From positions 1 to 30,324 of the IMG/VR virus record IMGVR_UViG_3300030328_004930: a stretch of DNA of 30,324 bases; one strand, given 5' to 3'. How positions within the stretch are numbered: the first letter of the stretch is position 1; each line of letters starts with the position of its first letter. Below are positions 10,101-19,000 of the stretch, piece after piece. This stretch comes from a virus (taxonomy: Duplodnaviria > Caudoviricetes). The position numbers and the translations under genes were made by a program. The notes beneath the pieces were generated by a model that was given only the letters and a program-made list of their open reading frames with translations, was not told where the DNA came from and ran no database searches.

Positions 10101-11551
10101 TTGCAGATAATTGGAAAATTTATATTGACACTATTGGAGGCAGTTTAGCCAGTCATTGGGTCCGGACCAAAAATGCAACTAACAATGGTGCTTATGGAGG
10201 TAAATATGTTGGGTGGGTTAGCCCAGAGCCTTATGAAGAAACTGGAGGGAATTTAAGTATATTAGGTTGGAGAAATACCAGTAATGGTAGTATTGATGTT
10301 AGTTCAGTATCGGGCAAACATATTGCGATTGAAGAATCGGGTGATGCTAAAATGTATAAAGTAGATCAGATCTCTGCTTATGATAGCCACAGTCAAAAAG
10401 CCTATGTCCAAATTAATAAAGCATTTCCGGCAGGAACTTATTCTCATAAAGGTGAAATTACTGCTCCTACTACTTACACTGATAATGGATCCAGTAGTTA
10501 TACTGTTAAGGTGACAGATGAAGGATTAACTAACCTGGGTGAACATTGGGGAGAATCGGTATTCTCAACTAAGGCTCACGCTCAGTACGCTAAAATTTTA
10601 AAAGGTCGCTTGTTCTATGCCAATTTAATGCTAGATGTTGGTGATAAAAATGAAGCTCAAAATGATTGGGTAGGTTACAGTGAATTAAGTGCCTTTGATG
10701 TTAGACCGGTAAGCAATGTATTGCCTTTCCCAGATAGAGAAGGTGGACAAATTACTGGATTGTCAGATCTATTTGGTCGCTTAATTATTTTTAAACCTCA
10801 AGCTATCTTTGTTTTAGATGTAGTAGATCCTGCTAGTCCAACAACCTGGGTTAGAAAAGAGTCAAAATACAATATAGGTAATATTGCACCAGAAGGCATA
10901 GTTGAGGTCCATGATTCAGTTTATTTTGTACATCATGATGGTATCTATAGACTGGATGCAAATACAGTAGCCAGTAGCACCCTAACTCCTTCAGTAATGG
11001 AGAAAATTACACTGCCGATTGAAGATCAGTTTTTATTGGCTGATAGCAAAAAAGCAGTCAAGGGTATTTATGATCAAAAGAACAATGAACTGTTGTTTAC
11101 CTGGGACCAGTCCAATGCTCAAAAAGTATGGGCTTATCATGTTATTTTAAAATCCTGGAGAAAGGTAGACACTACTACCAACTTAGATATACTAACCTTT
11201 GGTGAAAATAGTGGACCATTAGCCTGGGACAATACCGATACTGATATTAAAAAGTTTGATGTAGCTGAAAATGTTGGCATTACCTGGAAAAGCAAAAGAT
11301 TTAGAATGGACCTAGATCGCAAACAGTTATTGCGATATGGTATGGTCAAATTTACCGGAACCGATACAGTGACCTTTAATATTTATTTAGATGGATCGGG
11401 TAGTGTTTCATTTACTAAAGACATTACTGCTGATGGAGGTGTAAACCGGTTTCCTATTAAAAGGTATGGAAAAAGTTTTGAAATGGAGCTCACAACCCCT
11501 TCGAGCTCAAACACATTTTTTTTAGAAAGACTCAGAATAGAATTGGAGTAG
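7196..11551 (+). CDS. Tail nozzle/stabilisation protein (P22 gp10 / T7 gp12-like) with inserted beta-rich domains
   Basis: 1451 aa, TTG start; N-terminal DFEGAL...DLPDN...NL motif; propeller-like C-terminus (GQITGL...LIIFKPQAIF, GNIAPEGIV, VYFVHHDGIY, WKSKRF); follows the adaptor. Confidence 0.7.
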   Translation: MPKYIDINDFEGALTNADIEDLPDNVAQEIKNLKIQGGKLEKTFGAGSPADLPTFELALVNSELSKTYAVYNIFTFVSDKFTGNSNDAGDGYRYLLVTVEATAQTVILWWYDPSMPDVTDTLQIENDVIWFETASAHGFEVGDMVMVQDGKDNASPQASQSAWKTYESVDMVPSTKKLGVNTNSADSWGGSFFATTNVTGSVAYSFGGKHQTHLLVDNEVDYGGTNFASVEKIAIAPTGGKVLSIAQGNTNSGKDLAYCISSAYLDLGSSLYTTYRGKTNFKVMSMLGFNDAIYIHYSYQDGSPVAYYNKLVKYTLSGSTVVETAIGDLGSQTNSIVNYASYMTVANNHLFVLGKSLGLFKVNTSGTITSMTVSGIAMVNVKGITSITQTNRLNADGSSSGSDVAHVYLVIGTTDGSANTNLYTLDIASSETSFTAFGTTLANTTINHLKKMDFGENSNKSESIVIQYTGLSNRQYLRYSSHDSDTAIISDIDTDIDNSVFSITTDVHFIENTAHHPGSTSYLMVGTDDVTSPATAGNLYGVNNSKGVKTFMSGASGGKTNWNPTCFADCVTGSGFFSYAKGYIGVYGTEAQDGSPVGDHADVYRFTDIGWYANSFGGSGDCDYRWIDVTNKYDIPTLYHKKDRNPIVPFGDTLRVLPGNIAKVSSNEAKGAWIGYIDRSLMNDGVTQTGWFAYANTLTNPFSFNSDTDMLETSDELRDTDTVKYNLTAIYDGVQETVLEEDKTLLFEKNSTANGDTVEDISKSRLSFSIDTDFTTLNKRITGFNIYRSGRYNGVWETYKKVSEVNFLRADDTFTDSKRVLLQSSNDDFVYVQDQDNYISGLGTSTLENGSYAIKVGNNWKKRITNAEALQGYASTGVYLNEEITSGATSVAVSASSGLSNSTSYYLDGEIVTVSDTHDSTTLSITRAQGSPTTTASSHAKYTEFRAIALSNTGWYKITLNENLRGKRFADNWKIYIDTIGGSLASHWVRTKNATNNGAYGGKYVGWVSPEPYEETGGNLSILGWRNTSNGSIDVSSVSGKHIAIEESGDAKMYKVDQISAYDSHSQKAYVQINKAFPAGTYSHKGEITAPTTYTDNGSSSYTVKVTDEGLTNLGEHWGESVFSTKAHAQYAKILKGRLFYANLMLDVGDKNEAQNDWVGYSELSAFDVRPVSNVLPFPDREGGQITGLSDLFGRLIIFKPQAIFVLDVVDPASPTTWVRKESKYNIGNIAPEGIVEVHDSVYFVHHDGIYRLDANTVASSTLTPSVMEKITLPIEDQFLLADSKKAVKGIYDQKNNELLFTWDQSNAQKVWAYHVILKSWRKVDTTTNLDILTFGENSGPLAWDNTDTDIKKFDVAENVGITWKSKRFRMDLDRKQLLRYGMVKFTGTDTVTFNIYLDGSGSVSFTKDITADGGVNRFPIKRYGKSFEMELTTPSSSNTFFLERLRIELE

Positions 11552-11555
11552 AATT

Positions 11556-12377
11556 ATGGATCCCATGACAATGATGTTAATCGCCCAGGGTGGAGCTAAG
11601 ATGGCTCAATCTGGATCAAGATTATTACAACCAAAGTTTGCAAATACCAAGTATGGCAAAGCGATGAAAACTCGAACTACCCAGGGAAATTTAAGTCCTG
11701 GTCAAGAGCAGAATATTATAAACAGAGTTTCTGACACTGCGACCAGGCAAGGGAATGTTGCAACCAATCGCTATGTTGGTCAAATGTATAACCAGGGAAT
11801 GGGAAATTCAGTTGCTTTAAATAGAGGGCTTAGAGAAGCCCAAAATGATGTCAGAAGGACTGTGACTGATACTTCAAAGGGTATATACAGAGATGAAGAA
11901 TTGGCGAAGTCTAATGCTAAAATGAACTATGCTCAAGCAATGGACCAGGATAAAGCAGGAAGGAGACAAGCTATAGCAGGAATGGTGGGAGCCGGTTTAG
12001 AAACAGCAGGGCAATACTTTGGAAACAAAGCCACTCAATCTCAAGCCCAGGATCAATCTTATATGGATGCGATGAATAAATATGGACAAGCAGTTGCCTA
12101 TGAAACCCCATCGGGAAAAACTCGATATGGAGGTGGATTAGATCCAATGACTGGTAAAAGTTCATTAAGTCTTGATGACAAAAAAAATATTGAAGTGTAT
12201 ACTCAAAAAGCAAACATTAAAGATGTCTCTGGAGTAACTAACGCTTTTCAAGCATTACAAAATGGTGAAATAGATGGTACAGAATTTAGAAAACAGCTAA
12301 GCACTGGAGAAAACTCATTAACCGATGATCAAATAGATGATTTATTTGCTTTTCTTGCAAAGATAGGAGGTGAATAA
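11556..12377 (+). CDS. Putative internal virion/ejection protein
   Basis: MDPMTMMLIAQGG start, Gly/Ala/Gln-rich helical composition, and position between nozzle and giant ORF as for P22 gp7 / T7 gp14-type genes. Confidence 0.6.
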   Translation: MDPMTMMLIAQGGAKMAQSGSRLLQPKFANTKYGKAMKTRTTQGNLSPGQEQNIINRVSDTATRQGNVATNRYVGQMYNQGMGNSVALNRGLREAQNDVRRTVTDTSKGIYRDEELAKSNAKMNYAQAMDQDKAGRRQAIAGMVGAGLETAGQYFGNKATQSQAQDQSYMDAMNKYGQAVAYETPSGKTRYGGGLDPMTGKSSLSLDDKKNIEVYTQKANIKDVSGVTNAFQALQNGEIDGTEFRKQLSTGENSLTDDQIDDLFAFLAKIGGE

Positions 12378-13042
12378 TGTCTGACTGGAGAAATCAATTA
12401 TTAGATAATATTACTAAAAGGAAACAAAAGGAAACCACTGGTACTTTAAAAGCAATTCGAGTTGGTGAAGAAGAAAAATACAAAGCTAGTCAGCCTTACC
12501 TAGAGGCTTTAGAAAAAAGTAGAAAAGCAAAAGAGCTTAAAGCAGAAACTGATTTAAAAGCTGAAAAAGCAAAAGCAAAACCTCCGACTCCTCAAGAGGA
12601 TATACAAAGATTTGGAGAAAAAAGAGAGAAATTTAGAGACTTAGCATACAAAACTTTTACAGTAGATAATGAAGATACAGAAGGCAACACAACCAAAGAA
12701 CTCACTACTGTTGATCGCAAAGATAACCAATTATTTAAAGATCAAATAGTAGCCTATACAGATAGTTTAAAACTTGCAGGACTGGCTCAGAAGTATAGAT
12801 CAACTACTCCAAAGATAAGGGAAATAGATAGAAATAGAGAGGCAATAGAGAAAGAAAGAAATGAATTATGGAAAAAGTTAATGTCGCAAGAATATCCTTT
12901 GGTTCCTGGTCCAGATGAGACATACACAAAGATTTCGGATCAAGAAAAAAATAAGATATCAATGGAACAAGCTAATAATATGCTTGTACAAAAATATGGG
13001 AAAGCGATAATTCCTTTATTACTTGAGTTAAAAAATAGATAA
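12377..13042 (+). CDS. Hypothetical charged helical protein, probably second ejection protein
   Basis: TAATG-coupled on both sides; Lys/Glu-rich; function inferred from position only. Confidence 0.5.
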   Translation: MSDWRNQLLDNITKRKQKETTGTLKAIRVGEEEKYKASQPYLEALEKSRKAKELKAETDLKAEKAKAKPPTPQEDIQRFGEKREKFRDLAYKTFTVDNEDTEGNTTKELTTVDRKDNQLFKDQIVAYTDSLKLAGLAQKYRSTTPKIREIDRNREAIEKERNELWKKLMSQEYPLVPGPDETYTKISDQEKNKISMEQANNMLVQKYGKAIIPLLLELKNR

Positions 13043-16000
13043 TGGCTGAACCTCTCTACCCAAAACAAAGAAATTCTTTAGATGATATTTTAAACCAGGC
13101 ATTTGATGACCTGGAACTAGAGAATCAAAGACAGCAAACTATTGTTAATGCACCGGATCCGGCACAAGCCTTATCGGATATTCAGAAAGTAGAAAAGCAA
13201 ACTGAAGCAGAACCAGAGCCAATTAAAAAAGCTGTTAGGACCTCTTATTATACCGGTCAAGCATTAAGTCAACCTAAACCACAACCTATGCAATCTTCTG
13301 GTAAACCCAGGCAACCTATCAGTGAGGCAATGTACAATGAACTGGCTTCCGGATCGGCTCGAGTAGGTCAAGGGTTAGCCTCGGCTCCAGGGTTTATTTA
13401 TGGGTTGGCTTCATACCCACAAAGACAATTAGCTAAAATACCTGGACTAGAATCTTTGGCTGATGGGACCAGGGAAATGGAAGAATATTTATCTTTAAAT
13501 CCAGTCGCAAAATATTATAAAGATACAGCCGATCAATTTGCTGAAGAAAGCACTCGATATGACCAAAAAATTGTTGATTACATTAAACAAGGCAATCTTG
13601 TTGATGCTATCGGGCTTACTGGGGTATCTATTGTAGGGTCTATTCCTTACACAGCTTCTATGATTGCCGGAGGGTATGCCGGAGTTCCTGCTAAATTAAT
13701 GGTCCCTACTATTGGATTAGTTACTGGAGGTGAAAAGAATTCTACATTATTAGAAGAAATGCCAGAATTTGCAGATGACAAAAGAACTTTAAATGCTTTA
13801 GTCGATGGATTAGCAGAGGGAACCTTTGAGCAATTAGGATCAGCAGGAATTGGAAGAACTTTAAAAACATTATTGGGAAGTTTAACCCAACAATTTGGTC
13901 GCAAAAAAGCAAATGAAATATTAACTGAAACTATTGCTCAAACTTTTAAGGATAAAACCAGTCGACTTTTAGTTCCAAAAGCTATGAATCTAGAAGGGTG
14001 GACAGAAGTAGGAACAACAGTTATGCAGAATTTAAATGCTCAATTAACTGGTGAAGATCCAAACAGAGATTTATTTGAAGGGGCTGTAGATGCCTACATA
14101 GTTGGAGCCGGATCTGCCGGTGCTTTAACTGCCCCTGCCGGAATAGCAGTAAGCAAACAAAGAAAAACTGCAAAAGACTTAGAGAAAGCTAAAGCAAAAG
14201 GGTTAGATGCAATAGATAAGGGAACATTAAGACAGCTTACTGATCAAGATATAAATGACTTTGCAAGTAGCTTGACTATTGAGGAAGCAATGGAATTAGG
14301 AGTGGTCCCAAATTATGAAAAGGGAACTATAGAATATGAGCCAGGATCTGCTATTGGATCTGAGATCATTCGCAGACAACTCCAAATGGAAAAAGCTCCC
14401 GAAACTGAAAGAGATTTTAGAGAAGCCGGATCCAGGGCAAATATTAAAGAGCAAAAAGAATCCGGAACTGATTTTGTTGGGGCTTTTATAGATAAAGCCA
14501 ATGAAGGACTTGAGGGGACAGAAGCTGAAGTTAACAGAGAATATTTAGACCGAGAATTGATCGATGAGATTCAAGATGAAAACCTATCTGAAGAGCAAGT
14601 TAATCAAATTTTTGAAGATCAAGGAATTGCAGAAGGTTCTGATGTTAAAGAGTTAAATGTTTATGGAAGAACTGATGGTTATGTAGCAAGAATATCTACT
14701 GCCGGAACCGAAGAAAGAATGGCAGATGAGTATATAGCAGTCCAGGAAGAAATGGCTGAAATTTATTATAATGCTGAAATGGACCAAAATCCAGAGTTTG
14801 ATAATGAGGTGGCAAATGAAAGAAAAAAATATCATGAAAAAACCGGAGAAGTTGACAAAGGAGAAAGCAATATCGAATGGTTCAGTTCGATGGCAATACG
14901 CTTTGGGGCTCAAGGAAAAGTCCATAAAGACATCGGACTTAAACTCAAAGAAATCCTTAAAAGATTTATGGAAAAAGCTAGAATCATACTCAAAGATTCC
15001 ATGCGACTTAGAAAAGCAATCCAGGAAGGAAAAGTAAGTCAATCTTTAATTTCTAAACTAGAACAAGCTACTGACTTTAAAAGTGTAGGAAAATCAGTAA
15101 AAAAAGCACAGAAACTTAAAAAAGTTAAGAAGAAGCCTACTTTCAGATTAAGTACAAAAGAATCTTATGAATTGCATGAAACTTCAAAAAGAGTGTTTGG
15201 GACCACAGAAGATCCCAGGGAAGCCGGATATATATTATTAGATGGAGAGATGCTTGATTTTTCTGGAAAAAATGAAGGGGGAACTCCAGGGACTAGGTCC
15301 TATGATCATCGACAAATTAATACTGTTGGTGTAGTATCGGATGAACCATATTATGGAGCAAGTGGTGAAGAGCGATGGTCTGATATAGGGATGGTTGAGT
15401 TTATTCAATCTGGTGCAATAAGATATATGCCAGAGTCTAATAAGTTTCACTTAGGAATGGAGAAGCCAGATCAACCTCAATTAGCTAGATTAAGACAGTT
15501 AATCAACAATCCTCCTGGTATGGAAACTCTTCATTCTAGCACTCCAATAAATGTAATTATTACCGATCAAAATGAAAATTTAAAATTTGATAGAGAGTAT
15601 AAAAGAAACACTCCCTGGGAAGAAATCAAAAGAGATGTTTTACAGTTTTATAGAACCGGAAAAGGTCCATCAATTACTCAGCAATTTCATAGCTCTTATC
15701 GCATATCTATTGCAGAAGGAATGGAAAAATTAAAAGTAAAACCGGCTTTAACTCCTCCTAGTAAAAATAAAAAATTATCAGCAAATCAAGTTAGGACCAG
15801 GATAAAAAGATTAAAAAGAAATGTTATACCGGAAATAGAATCTTTTGCAAAAAATAATCCAGAAGAATTTGATGAGGCAATTAACTGGTATTTTAATGAT
15901 ATAAGAAAGGCAATCGATATAGCCTCTAAAGAAAATTCATTAATAAAAGAGCATCCTGCTTTTTTTACTGCTTTAATTTGCATTACCTCAAATGGTCAAA

Positions 16001-19000
16001 AAGTACAAGGTCAGTATAATGACACAGTAGATATTTTATCTTATTATAAAGATAAGAATAAACTACCAGTAGTAAGTAGTAAAACCACTGGTAAAATCCC
16101 AAAACCAAATCGAGTTATAAAATTAGAAGATGGTAGGCAATTAGGTGGAGTTAGACCTGGAACTATAGGTCAGCAATCAGATCGGTTGCAATATATTATA
16201 GATCAATTAGGGCTTGAAGGTGCTGAAAAGTGGTTATTAGAACCTAAGTCTGGTATAGAAATTCATAGAATGGCTTGGGATTCTAAAACTAAAAAAGGAC
16301 CGATGGCAGGAATTAGTGCTGATCAAAAAAATACATCCAAAGATTACAGAGGGATGCATATTTTTGGAAGAAAAATTGGGAATTTTGGACTAGCTTTTTG
16401 GGAGTTAAATAGAGAGCCGGTAATTGATGTTTGGATGGCTAGGTGGTTTAATAGGCATATGGGAACACCTTACTTAAAAGGGAAGAAATTAGCTGAAGCT
16501 CCTAGAAACCCTTCAGAGTGGAATCTAATAAGTAAGGCAGTAGGTGAGCTAACTAAAGAATTTAATAAGCGAAATAATAAAGAATATAATGTTTCACAGA
16601 TACAAGCTGTTATATGGTATCATGAGAAATTTTTATATGAAAAGAATGGTATTAATTTTAATAAAGGAATAAATTACAGTAGGTCAGCAAATGAAAGATC
16701 AAAACAAAAAGGCTATTTCCAAAATACTGAAGAATTCATATCTGTATCAGATGCTTCAAGCCAAGAGCAAAAAAGACTTGAAAAAGATTCAGAAAGAGTA
16801 TCGGGAGAAAAACCGACTTACCGGATAGCTCCAACCTGGTACTCCAAAGCAGAGCGAGTAGTTACCGAAAAATTCCCTCCCACAATGAAAAGCCAGTCTG
16901 TTGTTAACTGGTTAAAAAAATCTACAAATAATTCTCCAGAAATAGAATGGTTAGATCTGGAAACCTTATTCAAAGGTAAACCAAAAGTCACCAAGCAAGA
17001 ACTCCAGGAATGGATCCAGGCGAATAAGATTGAAGTTGAAGATGTAATGTTAGGTGAATCTTTTAAACTTGATGAAGAAAGATCATTATCAAAAGATGAA
17101 TTTATCAAAATGTTTGAACAAATTGATCCGGCATATCCGGATGAAGCACCAGAAAATACTTTAGATGATGGGGAGACCTTAGAGTTTGTAGAAGATGGTA
17201 TGTATTATGACTTTAAATATTATAGGGAAGGAGATAATGAATGGGCTGTTTTTCAAGATCGAAGTGAAGAAGATGACTATACACTTCAAAGAATTGACAC
17301 TGATGAATTCATGGGTTATAAATCTCTTGGACAAGTATTAGATAGAAGGATTCCTAATGAGGATGCTGTAAAGCAAATTATTGGAAGTCTGACACCCGAT
17401 GCAACCAAACACTCATCTTTTCAACTCCCAGGAAAAAGAGAAGATTATAAAGAATTGTTGCTGACATTGCCAACTGCTAAAAAAGGTCAACCATTAAGTG
17501 GATATGTAGTATTTAAAAATATAGAAGATGTAGATGATTTTCTTACCGATGTATCAGCAGAAGGCATGGAAGATTTTGATTATGGTAGAGTGGATGATGA
17601 CAATTATAAAAGAGTTGTATTTAAAAATATACCTACAACAAAAGCAGATGATTTTGTAGATCTTTTAAAAAAATATGATTTACAATGGTATAGCACAAAT
17701 GATGATACAAGAAAAAAAATTGACAAAAAAAATGTATTTATAAGTAGTCACTATGATGAACCAAATATATTAGCTCATGTTCGCTTTAATACTCGCAAAT
17801 CACCCTCTGGAGAACAAGTTTTATTTATAGAAGAAGTTCAGTCTGACTGGCACACAAAAGGTCGGGAGAAAGGGTATAAACAACAAATTAAAAAAATACC
17901 AGAAGGTTTTAAAATTGTAGAAATACCTGGTGAAAAAATTGTTATGCTAAGACCAGATGGTAAAAGAATGCTAACAACTTTAACAAAAATGTCAGATCCA
18001 GAAGCAGAGACAACAGTTAGAAGAAAAGCATTAAGTTATATAAATGCAGAAGATAAAATGAGAGTCCCAGATGCTCCATTTAAAAAGAATGGTTGGATTG
18101 AGCTTATTATGAAAAGGATGCTACGCTATGCCAGTGATAATAACTTTGATCGCATAGCCTGGACCACTTCTAATCAACAGATCGATAGATGGAGAAATTC
18201 AATAAGGCAGAATGTAGACCAGATCTCATATCAAAAATTAGTTTCCGGTCCACCCTTGACTCATACTGTTGTTATTAATGGCTTAAAAAAGAATAAAAGT
18301 GTATTCAACCAAACTATTCCATTGGAAGGTGAAACAACTATTAATGGACAAAGGGTTAACCTGGAAGGATTGTTGGGTAAACAGATGGCTACTCAGATTC
18401 GCAACAGCGATAAAAAGACCGGAGTTATTGAAGGCGATAATCTGACTATTGGTGGTGAAGGGTTTAAGGTAGTCTATGATATGGCTATTAAAAAAATCCT
18501 TAATAAAATGGGTAAGAAATATGGTGCAAAGGTGGACCAGGTAAAAATTCTTGAGACAAGTAAACCAACCTGGTCAGATGGAAAAGAGTTAACTCCCGAA
18601 GAAAAAATTGAACAATCAATGCCGGGTGTTTATAGTGAAGAAGTTAAGCGAACTTACTCTGTTATTACTCAACCTTCTATTCGCATTACTCGCAAAATGA
18701 AAGAGTCTGCATTAAAGGGACAGCCTACTTTCCGGATCAGTAAAATGGCTTCTACTGAAGAGGTCCAGAAATCTGAATCTTTTAAGAAATGGTTTAAGGG
18801 ATCTAAGGTCAAAGATAAAAATGGTAAGCCACTGGTTGTATATCATGGGACTACTCAAGATTTCGATGAATTTAAAGGAACTAATTTTTTTACTGTTAAT
18901 CCAGATGTTGCATCTACCTTTAGTGGGTTTGATGATGACCAGTACCTTGATGGTGGAAAAGTATATCCAGTTTACTTGTCATTAAAAAACCCTTCTATTG

